A stretch of 64,000 bases of DNA from an uncultured Nitrospiraceae bacterium (GCA_963706325.1 CAVPLT010000001.1:1056001-1120000); one strand, 5' to 3'. Shown: positions 48,242-59,620, counted from the first letter of the stretch. The notes: generated by a model not told the origin, from the sequence alone. Numbers and translations: made by a program.

Positions 48242-49231
48242 ATGGATGTGACAGAACGGAAGCCGCTGACTCGTTCGAAAATCGGGGTACTGATGGGCGG
48301 TCGGTCCTCGGAGCGCGAGGTGTCGCTCAAGACCGGTGAGTCCGTGTATCGCTCGCTGGTGCGAAGCGGCTATGACGCTGTGGCCATTGATGTCGGACCG
48401 GCTCTGACCCAGACTATGCAAGAGCACTCGATCGAGATTGCTTTCTTGGCGCTACATGGCCCAGGCGGAGAGGACGGCGCGATTCAGGGGTTCTTGGAGA
48501 CGCTGGGCATCCCCTATACGGGATCCGGCGTACGGGCGAGCGCGATCGGTATGCATAAGGTGGCAACCAAGACACAACTGGCGGCCGAGGGGATTCCCGT
48601 TCCTAAAGGCATGGTCGTATTACGGGGTAGGGCTCCTTCCTTGTCGCGTATCCTCAGCACGTCCAAATTGACACTGCCTGTGGTCGTCAAGCCGGCGAGC
48701 CAGGGATCCACCATCGGCGTGACCATCGTTCGCAAACCCTCACAATGGAAAGAGGCTCTTCGGCTGGCGCATCAGTACGACGAGGAAGCGATGGTCGAGG
48801 CCTTTATTCCTGGGCATGAGGTGACGGTGTCGTTATTAGGTGGAGCCGATGAGACGGTGAACGGCCTGCCTGCCGTTGAAATCGTCGCTCCGGACGGATT
48901 CTATGATTTCTCAGCGAAGTATGAAAAAGGCCGGACTCAGTATCTCTGCCCGGCGCCGCTGTCTGCTTCAGTGACCAGGCAGATTCGGCAACTCGCGATC
49001 AAGACCTATCAGGTGTTGGGCTGCAACGGAGCCGCACGCGTGGATTTTCGCATCACGCCGAAGGGCAAACCGTACGTGCTGGAAATCAACACGGTGCCAG
49101 GAATGACGGAGACGAGTCTTTTGCCGATGGCCGCGGGCAAGGCCGGTATTTCCTATGACGCATTGACGGAACGGATTCTCCAGTCTGCGCTCGCGCGAGC
49201 GGGAGTGGGCTCATTCCGAGCGGTGAGGTAG
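48242..49231 (+). CDS. ddl: D-alanine--D-alanine ligase
   Basis: GG.SSEREVS, LHG..GEDG and EINTVPGMT..SL.P. Confidence 0.96.
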   Translation: MDVTERKPLTRSKIGVLMGGRSSEREVSLKTGESVYRSLVRSGYDAVAIDVGPALTQTMQEHSIEIAFLALHGPGGEDGAIQGFLETLGIPYTGSGVRASAIGMHKVATKTQLAAEGIPVPKGMVVLRGRAPSLSRILSTSKLTLPVVVKPASQGSTIGVTIVRKPSQWKEALRLAHQYDEEAMVEAFIPGHEVTVSLLGGADETVNGLPAVEIVAPDGFYDFSAKYEKGRTQYLCPAPLSASVTRQIRQLAIKTYQVLGCNGAARVDFRITPKGKPYVLEINTVPGMTETSLLPMAAGKAGISYDALTERILQSALARAGVGSFRAVR

Positions 49232-49233
49232 GC

Positions 49234-50106
49234 ATGTCTCTGCGGTGGCGCCGTACAACACGCGCAAAGAAGGACAATCCGCGGGCCAACGCGCGCTCGG
49301 AGTCTCCCTTCAAGCGCGACCGAGGGGGCGCCGCCGGCGGGTATTGGTCGCGACTGGGGCGTGGGCTGCTGATCTCCCTGCGGGTGGTCGCGACGGTGAC
49401 GGTGTTGGTCGGGGGTTGTTCGGGGCTGTTTGTATTGGCCCGCGAATTGGGACCCCTCACCCGTGAGTGGTTTTTGGTGCGCTCGGTTTCGGTGAACGGC
49501 CTGCATCATGTGACCAGAAAAGAAGTGATCGGCAGATTGGCGCTAAAACCCGATACCGCGCTGTATTCCATTAATCCCTCATGGCTGGCGGCACGGCTCC
49601 GAACCCACCCATGGATCAAAGACGCGACGGTGGCACTGAAGCCATTACATGACATCCATATCGAAATCGTTGAGCGGCTGCCGGCTGTCGTGGTACGCAC
49701 GCTGACAGAAAACCTTCTGACCGATGCGGAGGGTGTGTTGTTGGCGCATCTGGGGTCGACCGACGATCCGACTCTGCCCATTCTCTCCGGCGTCGACGGG
49801 AAACGGTTGGCACAAGGTAAAGCTGAGGATCGACGCGCGGTCTACGTCGGCGCGGCGTTGGCTCGCATGGTGGGGCAGACGACGGGCGGTCGCCCGGACA
49901 TCAATGTGGAAAATCTGAATAATATGGTCGTGCTGGTGCAGGGCGTCACGTTTCAATTCAGCGAGACGTCCATGGATCAACAGTGGTCGCGGTTTCTCAA
50001 AATGCGATCCTCATTGCGTGATGTGGATTTTGACGGCGAGGGCGCCAGGGCGAATGAAATCGATCTTCGCTTTGCCGACCGCGTCATTGTTCGAGGAAGG
50101 GGGTGA
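49234..50106 (+). CDS. ftsQ: Cell division protein FtsQ/DivIB
   Basis: TM, POTRA (HPWIK), ER.P and IDLRF; position before ftsA. Confidence 0.85.
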   Translation: MSLRWRRTTRAKKDNPRANARSESPFKRDRGGAAGGYWSRLGRGLLISLRVVATVTVLVGGCSGLFVLARELGPLTREWFLVRSVSVNGLHHVTRKEVIGRLALKPDTALYSINPSWLAARLRTHPWIKDATVALKPLHDIHIEIVERLPAVVVRTLTENLLTDAEGVLLAHLGSTDDPTLPILSGVDGKRLAQGKAEDRRAVYVGAALARMVGQTTGGRPDINVENLNNMVVLVQGVTFQFSETSMDQQWSRFLKMRSSLRDVDFDGEGARANEIDLRFADRVIVRGRG

Positions 50107-51347
50107 GCCGAGTGTCTAAGCGGGATCATATCCTGGTCGGACTCGACATCGGGACTACGAAGATTTGCGCGATTGTCGCCGAAGTGCCGGAGGAGGGCCC
50201 GCTGAACATCATCGGTGTCGGCTCCTGCCCGTCGCGCGGGCTTCGCAAAGGCGTGGTGGTCAATATCGAAAGTACGGTGGAGTCGATCAAGAAAGCGGTT
50301 GAAGAAGCGGAGTTGATGGCGGCCGTGCAGATCAATTCCGTCTATACGGGTATCGCCGGCAGCCATATTTCCGGTGAGAATCTCAAGGGCGTGGTGGCCC
50401 TCAAGAAGCAGGAAGTCACGCGGGATGACATCAGCCGCGCGGTGGAAAGTGCGCGGACCCTCGCGGTGATTCCACACGAGCGACGCATTCTGCATGTGCT
50501 GCCGCGCGAATTCATGGTCGATGATCAGGAGGGCGTCCGCGAGCCATTGGGTATGTCGGGCAACCGACTTGAAGTGAACGTGCATGTGATCACCGGCGCG
50601 GTGACCTCGGCGCAGAACATTATCAAAAGCGTCAATCGAGCCGGACTCGATGTGGTGGACATTATCCTGCAGCCGCTCGCGTCGAGCGAGGCTGTGCTGA
50701 GCGCGGAAGAGCGAGAGTTGGGTGTGGCCATGGTCGACCTGGGTGGCGGCACGACCGATTTGGCGATCTTTCTCGACGGAAGCATCCGGCATACGGCGGT
50801 GTTGCCCATCGGGGGCCAGAACCTGACCAAGGATCTCGCAATCGGTCTATTGACCTCCCAAACCGACGCGGAAAAAATCAAAGTGCAGCACGGGATCGCC
50901 CGCACCGAGCTGGTGCATGGGCATCAGACTGTGGAAGTTCCGTCCGTGGGCGATCGCCCGCCGCGGCAATTTACGCGCCGCGATATTGCAGAGATCCTTG
51001 AGCCGCGCGTTGAAGAGATGTTCGATCTCGTGAAGCGAGAGATCGTGCGGGCCGGTTATGAGGGCATGTTGGGCGCCGGGGTCGTCATCACCGGCGGCAC
51101 CTCGCTGTTGGAAGGCATGCCCGATGCGGCGGAGCGAGGGTTGAATCTTCCGGCGCGGCGAGGTATGCCGACAGGCATCGGTGGACTACGCGATATTGTG
51201 AGCAATCCGATGCACGCGACCGGCGTCGGACTGCTGCTGCATGCGCGTCAGCACGCCGATAATTTGGAGGCAGCCGGCATGCGTCATGGGAAAGGCTTGG
51301 GGAGAGTATTCGATCGCATGCGATCGTGGATGTTCGAGTTTTTCTAA
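50103..51347 (+). CDS. ftsA: Cell division protein FtsA
   Basis: [20 protein letters not shown] and a C-terminal amphipathic helix. Confidence 0.96.
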   Translation: MSRVSKRDHILVGLDIGTTKICAIVAEVPEEGPLNIIGVGSCPSRGLRKGVVVNIESTVESIKKAVEEAELMAAVQINSVYTGIAGSHISGENLKGVVALKKQEVTRDDISRAVESARTLAVIPHERRILHVLPREFMVDDQEGVREPLGMSGNRLEVNVHVITGAVTSAQNIIKSVNRAGLDVVDIILQPLASSEAVLSAEERELGVAMVDLGGGTTDLAIFLDGSIRHTAVLPIGGQNLTKDLAIGLLTSQTDAEKIKVQHGIARTELVHGHQTVEVPSVGDRPPRQFTRRDIAEILEPRVEEMFDLVKREIVRAGYEGMLGAGVVITGGTSLLEGMPDAAERGLNLPARRGMPTGIGGLRDIVSNPMHATGVGLLLHARQHADNLEAAGMRHGKGLGRVFDRMRSWMFEFF

Positions 51348-51400
51348 CTGTCGCGGACGGCATGATGCCGCAGCCGCGCCATCGACAAGGAGGTGCCACG

Positions 51401-52600
51401 ATGTTTTCATTTCAGGAAGAGCCTCAATCACCCGTCCGCATCAAGGTGATCGGTGTGGGTGGGGCCGGCTGCAACGCCGTCAATACCATGATTACCGGCG
51501 GATTGTGCCGGGTTGATTTCGTGGCCGCCAATACGGACGTCCAGGCATTGGAACGATCCCATGCCTCCTATAAAATTCAGATCGGGCCGGAGCGGACTCG
51601 TGGCCTGGGCGCCGGCGCCAAACCGGAAGTGGGGCGTGACGCCGCGCTGGAAAGCAAGGATGAAATCCGGGAGAGTTTGGTCGGCGCCGACATGGTGTTC
51701 GTCACCGCCGGCATGGGCGGCGGGACCGGTACGGGCGCGGCCCCCATTGTCGCGAGCATCGCGCGCGAATTAGGGATTCTGACGGTGGCGGTCGTGACAA
51801 AACCTTTTCAGTATGAAGGTCATCGGCGGATGAGCCACGCTGAGGAAGGTATTCGCGATCTTGGTCGACATGTCGATACGTTGCTGATTATTCCGAATCA
51901 ACGGTTGCTCGGCATCGTCGATAAGGCGACTCCCCTGCTGGACGCTTTTAAGGTAGCGGACGATGTGTTGCGCCAAGCCATTCAAGGCATCGCTGATGTG
52001 ATTACGACCATCGGACTGGTGAATGTCGACTTTGCCGATGTGCGGACCATCATGGCCCACACGGGACGGGCAGTCATGGGCATGGGAATCGGTCGTGGCG
52101 CCAACCGGGCGCAGGATGCGGCCAACCAGGCGATTTGCAGCCCACTGCTGGAAGAAGGCAGTGTGGAAGGCGCGCGTGGCGTGTTGCTGAATATCACGGG
52201 CGGTCCGAACATGTCGCTGCATGAAGTAGAAGAAGCCGCCTCGATTGTACAACATGCGGCGGATGCGGAAGCGAACATCATCGTCGGACAGGTGATCAAT
52301 CCCGAGATTGGCGACGATCTGATCGTCACCGTTATTGCCACCGGATTTGAGCGGGAAGAAGTTCCTTCGACCAGACCGGTGACGCCGGAACGCGCTGCGG
52401 TGCGACCGACTAATGGGCGGCCAGCCCAGCAAGTGTTGACCGGGGTGCATGCTTCAGGATCGGATCGACCCCATAAAGATCTAGATCGTCCGACCTTCTT
52501 GCGACGGATGGGTGAGCAGCGTGAAGCGGTGGAGCGGATCGCAGTGGTCGGCGACGATGAGTGGGATGTGCCGACCTTCCTACGCAAGCAGGCCGATTAA
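51401..52600 (+). CDS. ftsZ: Cell division protein FtsZ
   Basis: [15 protein letters not shown] and a C-terminal DVPTFLRK. Confidence 0.98.
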   Translation: MFSFQEEPQSPVRIKVIGVGGAGCNAVNTMITGGLCRVDFVAANTDVQALERSHASYKIQIGPERTRGLGAGAKPEVGRDAALESKDEIRESLVGADMVFVTAGMGGGTGTGAAPIVASIARELGILTVAVVTKPFQYEGHRRMSHAEEGIRDLGRHVDTLLIIPNQRLLGIVDKATPLLDAFKVADDVLRQAIQGIADVITTIGLVNVDFADVRTIMAHTGRAVMGMGIGRGANRAQDAANQAICSPLLEEGSVEGARGVLLNITGGPNMSLHEVEEAASIVQHAADAEANIIVGQVINPEIGDDLIVTVIATGFEREEVPSTRPVTPERAAVRPTNGRPAQQVLTGVHASGSDRPHKDLDRPTFLRRMGEQREAVERIAVVGDDEWDVPTFLRKQAD

Positions 52601-52640
52601 AGAATCACGGTTGTCGCTTGTGGTGAGACAGCGATACGCG

Positions 52641-53378
52641 ATGGCTTCCGCCGTGATTACCGTTCCATCATTTGCGCCGATCGCAGATGGCGTGGAGCAT
52701 TTTTTTGGGACTCGGTCGTCGTCCTTCCCGGTGACGCCGGGTCGTCCTGCTCTGCTTCAGGAAACCCATGGGGATCGAGCCGGGATGGTTATGGTGGCGG
52801 TCAAGCAGGTTCATGGGACGAATGTTCTGGTCGTGGATCAGCCGGTTCGAGAGGGAGAGTCATTCGAGGGCGGTTGGGACGCGCTGGTCACCGATCAGCC
52901 TGGTGTGATGGTGACCGTACGGACTGCGGATTGTGTTCCGGTGCTGCTGCACGATCCGGTTCAGCGGGTGGTCGCGGCGGTTCATGCCGGCTGGCGTGGG
53001 GCGCTGGCCGGGATCGTGCCGAAGACCGTCGCCTTACTGGTGAGCCGATTTGGAGCCACTGTCGAACGACTGCGCATGGCGATCGGGCCTTCCGCCGGCC
53101 CCTGCTGTTATGAAGTGGATGAGCCGGTGCTGGCAAGACTACGGGAAGCCTTTCCTGAATGGCGGTCTGTCGTAGAGCCGAGAGGCGCCGAGAAGGCCCA
53201 TCTTGATTTGCGCGCATTGGTGCGGCGACAAGGGCTAGCGGACGGGCTACCAGCAGAACGAATTGTGACCGTCAATGTCTGTACGATCTGCCATCCCGAC
53301 CTGTTTTTCAGCTACCGGCGCGAGGGTGTGGTGAAGGCCACGATGGTCAGCGGGATCGCGTTGGCGCAGCGCCCATAG
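52641..53378 (+). CDS. pgeF: Peptidoglycan editing factor PgeF/YfiH
   Basis: QVHG, TADCVP, HAGWRG and FFSYRR. Confidence 0.93.
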   Translation: MASAVITVPSFAPIADGVEHFFGTRSSSFPVTPGRPALLQETHGDRAGMVMVAVKQVHGTNVLVVDQPVREGESFEGGWDALVTDQPGVMVTVRTADCVPVLLHDPVQRVVAAVHAGWRGALAGIVPKTVALLVSRFGATVERLRMAIGPSAGPCCYEVDEPVLARLREAFPEWRSVVEPRGAEKAHLDLRALVRRQGLADGLPAERIVTVNVCTICHPDLFFSYRREGVVKATMVSGIALAQRP

Positions 53379-53427
53379 TCGTCCCGGACGCTCGGCTGCA
53401 GCATCGATTCGCAGGGGTGGTAGCGGG

Positions 53428-54135
53428 ATGCAGACAGAGTCAGGAGAGATCGCCGCTCGAGTTCGCGTGGTGTTCGATGAGATCCAACGCGCGGCTCGTC
53501 GCGCTGGGCGTTCGCCAGACGACGTTCGGCTCATGGCGGTTTCCAAGACGGTATCCGTTGAACAGCTGCGTGAGGCCGTGGACGCGGGAATTCGGCATGT
53601 CGGAGAGAATCGCCTTCAGGAAGCGGCACCAAAAATTGACATGTTGGGGCGCGATGGTGTGGTATGGCATTTCGTCGGCTCCCTACAGCGCCGCAAAGTG
53701 AAATCGGTTGTCGGTCGATTTGAGACGATCCATTCAGTCGATAGTCTGGCCTTGGCGGAAGAGATCGACCGGCGCGCTCAGGAGGCTGGGCTCCGTCAGC
53801 GTGTGCTGCTGGAAGTGAATCTTGGGGGAGAAGTCAGCAAGGGCGGGTTCGAGTCGAAGAATCTTTTAGCCGTTCTGACGTCACTTAACGGGTTGCAACA
53901 CCTGAAAGTTCGCGGCCTCATGGTCATTCCGCCGCCTGGCCCCACAGCAGAAAGCGCTCGTCCTTATTTTCAACGGCTTCGAGAACTCGCGCAGACATTG
54001 ACAGCACAAGGTTGCGAGAACATTAATATGCAGGAGTTGTCGATGGGCATGTCCCACGACTACCAGGTGGCTGTTGAAGAAGGCGCCACCTATGTACGAG
54101 TGGGAACCGCGATTTTTGGAGCGCGTCGTGACTAA
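53428..54135 (+). CDS. yggS: PLP homeostasis protein
   Basis: AVSK, GENRLQE, LSMGMS.D and VRVGTAIFG. Confidence 0.95.
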   Translation: MQTESGEIAARVRVVFDEIQRAARRAGRSPDDVRLMAVSKTVSVEQLREAVDAGIRHVGENRLQEAAPKIDMLGRDGVVWHFVGSLQRRKVKSVVGRFETIHSVDSLALAEEIDRRAQEAGLRQRVLLEVNLGGEVSKGGFESKNLLAVLTSLNGLQHLKVRGLMVIPPPGPTAESARPYFQRLRELAQTLTAQGCENINMQELSMGMSHDYQVAVEEGATYVRVGTAIFGARRD

Positions 54136-54946
54136 TCCAATTCCGGCCCGACTGATCGCATTCCTCGGCGGCGGGCACATGGCAGAGGCTCTGATCGGCG
54201 GTATGCTGGCCGCACATGTCGGGGACCCTTCCTCCATCTATGCCACCGATCCTCTGGCCGTCCGACGGGAGGTGCTCAAGGCGCGCTTCAGCATCCAGGT
54301 GGATGAGCATAATACGACGGCTGTTCGCGCGGCTGATCTGGTGGTCTTGGCAGTGAAGCCGCAGGCGCTGCCGGCGCTGCTCACTGAGGTTGGACCGGCC
54401 CTGAGCGGGAAATTAGTCGTGTCTATCGTCGCCGGGGTGACCACTGCTTGGATTCGTGAACGAATCCAAGCGCCAAGAGGCATCGTGCGGGCCATGCCGA
54501 ATACGCCGGCGCTCGTGCGCGCTGGGGCGACGGCGTTGGCCTATGAGACGGACCTCGCGCCTGGTGATGTAGCCGCGGTGCGGGCTCTGTTCGAGGCGGT
54601 TGGGTCGGTGGTATTGGTCGAGGAGCGCCTTATGGATGCGGTGACAGGGTTGAGCGGAAGTGGGCCGGCCTACATATTCGTGGCGATCGAAGCTTTGGCC
54701 GACGGTGGCGTGAAGATGGGATTGCCGCGGGCGACCGCAGAACTACTGGCCGCGCAGACGGTATTAGGCGCCGCTCGCATGGTCTTGGAGCGAGGGGAGC
54801 ATCCGGCCCAATTGAAGGACCAGGTCGCGTCGCCGGGAGGCACCACCATTGCCGGTCTGCATCAGTTGGAGGCCGGCGGCATACGAAGCTGTTTGATGGC
54901 GGCCGTCGAAGCCGCGACGAAACGATCACAGGAGTTGGGACGCTGA
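54128..54946 (+). CDS. proC: Pyrroline-5-carboxylate reductase
   Basis: LAVKPQ, RAMPNTP, GSGPAY and V.SPGGTT. Confidence 0.95.
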   Translation: MTNPIPARLIAFLGGGHMAEALIGGMLAAHVGDPSSIYATDPLAVRREVLKARFSIQVDEHNTTAVRAADLVVLAVKPQALPALLTEVGPALSGKLVVSIVAGVTTAWIRERIQAPRGIVRAMPNTPALVRAGATALAYETDLAPGDVAAVRALFEAVGSVVLVEERLMDAVTGLSGSGPAYIFVAIEALADGGVKMGLPRATAELLAAQTVLGAARMVLERGEHPAQLKDQVASPGGTTIAGLHQLEAGGIRSCLMAAVEAATKRSQELGR

Positions 54947-55242
54947 TGTTTGTGATGAGCAACGTGCTGCAGGGTGCAGCGACGGTATTGGATACGGTAT
55001 TGTGGCTCTATATGTGGGTGATTATCGCCCGTGCATTGATTTCGTGGGTCAACCCGGACCCCTGGAATCCGATCGTGCAGTTCTTAGAGCGCGCTACGGA
55101 ACCGGTGCTCGCGCCGATTCGCCGATTGGTTGGGTGGCGTATGAGCATGGATCTCTCTCCGATGATCGCCATCCTGATCCTTGTCTTTTTACAGTATGCC
55201 GTGGTTCAATCGTTACGTGATATCGCCGTGCGGATGCACTAA
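54946..55242 (+). CDS. yggT: YggT/YlmG membrane protein
   Basis: SWVNPDP.NP, TEP.L.P.R and DLSP. Confidence 0.92.
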   Translation: MFVMSNVLQGAATVLDTVLWLYMWVIIARALISWVNPDPWNPIVQFLERATEPVLAPIRRLVGWRMSMDLSPMIAILILVFLQYAVVQSLRDIAVRMH

Positions 55243-55263
55243 CCGTCGGGCAAGAGGTGTCGT

Positions 55264-55776
55264 ATGAAAATCACTCCCATCGACATTCAGCAGATGGTCT
55301 TCCAGGTCAAGTTCCGAGGCTTTGATCGTGATGAAGTCAACCGATTTCTCGAAGAATTGGCCCTGACCGTCGAAAATTTGAACCGGGACAACAGTGTGTT
55401 GCGCGACAAGTTGACCATCACGGAGCAACAGGTCGCCGATTTGCGGCGCACTGAGTCGACGCTCTCGAATACGTTAGTCTCAGCTCAGACAATTGCCGAA
55501 GATGTCAAGCGATCCGCGCAGCGGGAGGCCGATCTGATTTTGAAGGAGGCCGAGTTGAAGGCCAGCGAAATTATCCGCCAGGCCAGAGTGAGTCTATCCG
55601 AGATGCAACGCGGCGTGGCAGATCTGCAAAAACAACGGCTGATGATGGTGGAACGATTCCGGTCGACCTTGCGTTCGTTTGAACGCATGTTGGAGGTGGA
55701 AGAAAGCGACGCCTACCAATCAGATTCTGCATCGGTCGAGGGAAAGCTGGCCGGCGAATCCAGTTCTGCGCGTTGA
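55264..55776 (+). CDS. divIVA: DivIVA domain protein
   Basis: ITPIDI....F...FRGFD..EV..FL plus long coiled coil. Confidence 0.88.
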   Translation: MKITPIDIQQMVFQVKFRGFDRDEVNRFLEELALTVENLNRDNSVLRDKLTITEQQVADLRRTESTLSNTLVSAQTIAEDVKRSAQREADLILKEAELKASEIIRQARVSLSEMQRGVADLQKQRLMMVERFRSTLRSFERMLEVEESDAYQSDSASVEGKLAGESSSAR

Positions 55777-55890
55777 AAGTCCGACGCTCTCCTGGAACTC
55801 TGTTCTTTTCTGCGTTTAGATTATCGCCGGCCGAGTTCTTCGCGTCGATCCACACGACTCGTCTAACGAACACGACGTAGACTCTCCTCC

Positions 55891-57021
55891 ATGTCATTCT
55901 CAGACTCTATCCTATCGGCACTGCAGGGGGCCGTCGACGATGGCACGTTTCCCGGTGCCGCGCTTGCCGTCCGGCTCCGGGGGACTGTGGTGTATGAAGG
56001 TGCCGTCGGACGACTCACCTACAAGTCAGCGAGCGACCCCGTCACTCTGCAGACGTGCTACGACCTGGCTTCTCTGACCAAAGCGTTGGCGACCACCACG
56101 GCTTGGGCCCTTTTGATTCAGAATGGAAAGGCTACGCTGGATGATCGGATCGATCGGATTCTTGAGGAGCTCCGAGGTTACCCGGTGGGCGCGGCGACGG
56201 TTCGGCAGTTGCTCGCGCACAGTTCCGGGCTCCCTGGGTGGCGTCCTTACTATGAGCGGATTGCCGCAACTGATTCGACTGTCCCTGGGTTTCTGGGGAG
56301 TCCCGCGACTCGGGACGTCATGCTGGGCTATATCGCGCAGGAGGGCCTGCTCTACGAACAGGGATCGCGCAGCCTCTATAGCGATCTTGGGTTTCTGCTG
56401 CTCGGGTTCAGTGTGGAACGGCTATCGGGTGAATCGCTTGAGCAATTTTGTCGACGGCGCATTTATGATCCGTTGGATGCCCACCCACTGACCTATGCGC
56501 CGCGTAGGCCCCTTGCACTCCATATTGAGCCGCCCGAGTCGGCGTTAGCGATTGCTCCCACCGAAGAAGATACATGGCGTGGGCGAACGCTCCGTGGAGA
56601 GGTGCATGATGAAAATGCGTTTGCATTGGGTGGCGTGGCCGGTCATGCCGGATTGTTCGGGACGGCGAGAGCAGTGCTCATGGTGGCGCAGGCGTGGCTT
56701 GATGGCCGGCGGGGGAAGGCAGGGCTGTTGGCTCAGGAGCTCGTCGCGCGGTTTACAACCCGGCAGCAAACGGTTCCGAATTCCAGTTGGGCCTTGGGTT
56801 GGGATACGCCGTCGGTGCCATCCTCCTCCGGGACGCTGTTTTCTCCCGAGTCGTTCGGACATCTCGGCTACACCGGCACATCCTTATGGATAGATCCGGC
56901 TAGGGAGCTGGCGGTCGTGCTGCTCTCGAACCGTGTGCACCCCACGAGGCGGAATGAGCGCATTCGGGCCTTTCGCCCGCTGATTCACGATCTTGTCTGT
57001 AGGGATATTCTAGGATCCTAA
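55891..57021 (+). CDS. Serine hydrolase, beta-lactamase class C fold
   Basis: ASLTK (SxxK), YSD, GEVHDENA..LGGVAGHAGLF and GHLGYTGT. Confidence 0.9.
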   Translation: MSFSDSILSALQGAVDDGTFPGAALAVRLRGTVVYEGAVGRLTYKSASDPVTLQTCYDLASLTKALATTTAWALLIQNGKATLDDRIDRILEELRGYPVGAATVRQLLAHSSGLPGWRPYYERIAATDSTVPGFLGSPATRDVMLGYIAQEGLLYEQGSRSLYSDLGFLLLGFSVERLSGESLEQFCRRRIYDPLDAHPLTYAPRRPLALHIEPPESALAIAPTEEDTWRGRTLRGEVHDENAFALGGVAGHAGLFGTARAVLMVAQAWLDGRRGKAGLLAQELVARFTTRQQTVPNSSWALGWDTPSVPSSSGTLFSPESFGHLGYTGTSLWIDPARELAVVLLSNRVHPTRRNERIRAFRPLIHDLVCRDILGS

Positions 57022-57338
57022 GCCGGCAGGTCCGGATAGTCGGTCCAGGTTTCTTTTTCGGCCAGGTACCGCGTGCCTTTGAAATTCAGGCGTGTGCGTA
57101 ACTGAGTAAAACCGAAACTCAGTAGCTTGTCGACGACGGCCTTGACGGCAGCGCCTGTGGTCGGATGCGCGGCACCTTCAACAGCGAACGCTTCATAGGT
57201 GACCTTCCCGGTATACCCTGCCGCCACACGATTGACGAGCACGGCCCGATTGAACGAGCGATCACTTGGATCCATCCCCTCGACCTGATGTCGTTCGATT
57301 AATCCCTCTTTTTTGAAGAGGAGGGGTAGCCCGCTCAT
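57018..57338 (-). CDS. Hypothetical protein
   Basis: GGAGGA SD and a minus-strand TTGCAC-N17-TATAAT promoter (57381-57409). Confidence 0.65.
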   Translation of the reverse strand: MSGLPLLFKKEGLIERHQVEGMDPSDRSFNRAVLVNRVAAGYTGKVTYEAFAVEGAAHPTTGAAVKAVVDKLLSFGFTQLRTRLNFKGTRYLAEKETWTDYPDLPA

Positions 57339-57502
57339 AGAATCCTCCGTCGATCAGTCATCAACCAGTCGAAGATCCAGATTATAGGGACCTGCTTGCT
57401 GGAGTGCAACCGTCGTTGACAAGGTTCCGTATGCCTTTCTATGATGCGCGGTCTTCGCGGCATCGCTCGATACCAAAGTCGAAACGAGTCGCGACCTTTT
57501 TC

Positions 57503-58045
57503 ATGAACATGAACGTCCCTAACACCCTCACGATCCTGCGTATTCTGTTAATTCCCGTCTATGTGGGTTTGCTCAACTATGAGCAATTCAATTATGCGCT
57601 GGCGACTCTCTTCATCGCCGGATTGACGGATGCGCTCGACGGCACCATTGCTCGCGTTGCCAACCAGCGGACGCGGCTTGGAGAGGTGCTGGACCCTTTG
57701 GCGGACAAACTCCTGCTCACCACTGGATTCATTACCCTGTCGGTGATGCATCTGGTGCCGCTCTGGATCACCATTCTTGTGGTCAGCCGAGATCTGATGT
57801 TGATGTTGGGAGCGGCGGTCGCGCATTTCACCAATACGCAGGTCGATATTTCACCGACAGCCTTGGGAAAGTGCACCACGCTCATCCAATTGACAACATT
57901 GGTCGCGGTCGTTTTCTTTGCCTCGCGACGGATGGATCTTGCCGTTCTTGATCCGCTCCTATATGTGATGGGCGTCGTCACGCTGCTGTCCGGTCTGCAT
58001 TATCTCTCTCGTGGCTATTGCCACGTCACCTCGGGTCAGACCTAA
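57503..58045 (+). CDS. CDP-alcohol phosphatidyltransferase (PgsA-like)
   Basis: PN.LT..R and TDALDG.IAR..GEVLDPLADK; TTGACA-N18-TATGAT promoter at 57416-57445. Confidence 0.88.
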   Translation: MNMNVPNTLTILRILLIPVYVGLLNYEQFNYALATLFIAGLTDALDGTIARVANQRTRLGEVLDPLADKLLLTTGFITLSVMHLVPLWITILVVSRDLMLMLGAAVAHFTNTQVDISPTALGKCTTLIQLTTLVAVVFFASRRMDLAVLDPLLYVMGVVTLLSGLHYLSRGYCHVTSGQT

Positions 58046-58110
58046 CTCGCCATCGCCTCACGGCTCCGCCATTGACGGCTTCTCGGCCTGTCTTGTTTTC
58101 CTGCAATCGT

Positions 58111-58139
58111 TTGACAGTTTTTGGGTCGTCTTATAGACT
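58111..58139 (+). promoter_or_regulatory. Sigma70 promoter of pilC
   Basis: TTGACA-N17-TAGACT. Confidence 0.6.
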
Positions 58140-58205
58140 TCGATCATAGTTTCCCACTGCTTTCGTGCGTGCTCGCCTGGCGGTCAAAGGAGTGAAAACG
58201 GCTGT

Positions 58206-59423
58206 ATGAGTACATTCGCTTACGTCGGACGCAACCGCCAAGGTGCCGTGAAAAAAGGCGAGCTCAGCGCCAAGACTAGAGATGAAGCGGTGGACCAGCT
58301 TCGCAAGCAGCAGGTCGTGGTGACCAGCTTGGAGGAAAAATCAGCGAAGGGCGGGAAGCGTAAATTTAGTCTGGGAAGCGGGCTCAATGACAAGGATCTC
58401 GTGGTGTTCACCCGCCAATTCGGGACGATGATCAATGCCGGGTTGCCGTTGATTCAATGTCTCGACATTCTGTCCACCCAATCGGAAAACAAAGTGTTGC
58501 GAGAAACCGTCGGAGACGTCAAGAACAGCGTGGAGGCCGGATCCACATTCTCCGATGCGTTGAAGAAACATCCGAAGGTGTTCGATGAGCTCTACACCAA
58601 CATGATTCACGCCGGGGAAGTCGGCGGCCTGCTGGATACGATTCTCACTCGTTTAGCCAAGCACATCGAAAAGGCGATGAAGCTGAAGGGGCAGATCAAA
58701 TCGGCCATGGTCTATCCCACGGCCATCGTTGGAGTGGCGGTCATTGTCATCAGCGTGCTCATGGTGTGGGTAATCCCGGTATTTGCCCAGATGTTCCTTG
58801 AGATGTCGGGCGGAAAAATCGGCCTGCCGGGTCCGACGCAACTGGTGATCAACGTCAGCAACTTTTTCCAGAGTTACTGGTATGCAATGGGCGGCACACT
58901 TGTGGGCGTGATTATCGCGATCAAGCGGTACTATGCGACGGTCAATGGTCGCATCGTCATCGATCGTCTCCTGCTTAAGATCCCCGTAGTCGGGGACCTG
59001 ATCAGGAAAGCGTCTGTCGCCAAGTTCACGCGTACATTGGGTACACTGATCACGAGCGGCGTGCCATTGCTCGAAGGGCTGAGTATCTGTGCCAAGACCT
59101 CCGGCAACAAGGTGATCGAGGAGGCGCTCATGAATGCCCGAGTGAGCATCAGCGGCGGAAAAACGATTTCTGAACCCCTGGCCAAGTGCAACGTATTTCC
59201 CAAGATGGTGACCCACATGATCGCCGTCGGAGAGTCCACCGGAGCGCTCGATGCCATGCTGGGCAAGATCGCCGATTTTTATGAGGATGAAGTCGACCAG
59301 GCGGTGGACACGCTCACCTCGCTGCTCGAACCGGTCATGATGGTGGTGCTGGGTACCGTGATCGGGTTTATCGTCATCGCGATGTATCTCCCGATCTTCA
59401 CCATGGCACAGGCCATCCAATAA
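58206..59423 (+). CDS. pilC: Type IV pilus inner-membrane platform protein
   Basis: FTRQ..TMI.AG, AGE.GG.LD, KSAM.YP and MIAVGE.TG.LD.ML. Confidence 0.93.
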   Translation: MSTFAYVGRNRQGAVKKGELSAKTRDEAVDQLRKQQVVVTSLEEKSAKGGKRKFSLGSGLNDKDLVVFTRQFGTMINAGLPLIQCLDILSTQSENKVLRETVGDVKNSVEAGSTFSDALKKHPKVFDELYTNMIHAGEVGGLLDTILTRLAKHIEKAMKLKGQIKSAMVYPTAIVGVAVIVISVLMVWVIPVFAQMFLEMSGGKIGLPGPTQLVINVSNFFQSYWYAMGGTLVGVIIAIKRYYATVNGRIVIDRLLLKIPVVGDLIRKASVAKFTRTLGTLITSGVPLLEGLSICAKTSGNKVIEEALMNARVSISGGKTISEPLAKCNVFPKMVTHMIAVGESTGALDAMLGKIADFYEDEVDQAVDTLTSLLEPVMMVVLGTVIGFIVIAMYLPIFTMAQAIQ

Positions 59424-59620
59424 CGACGCCGCACCGACGCGTTTATCCTCTGGCGTGAGGGTCCTCCCGAAAAGGCCCGCGCCGCACATCCACAGGCACT
59501 GCACCTACCATGCTGTCCTCGGCTCATCCGATCCGAACCGACGGAGACGATCCTTCCCTGCCCAGTCGAATGTTGCCGTCAATCGCTGTGGCCCTGCCGC
59601 ATCAGGCAGGCGAGCGTTTG

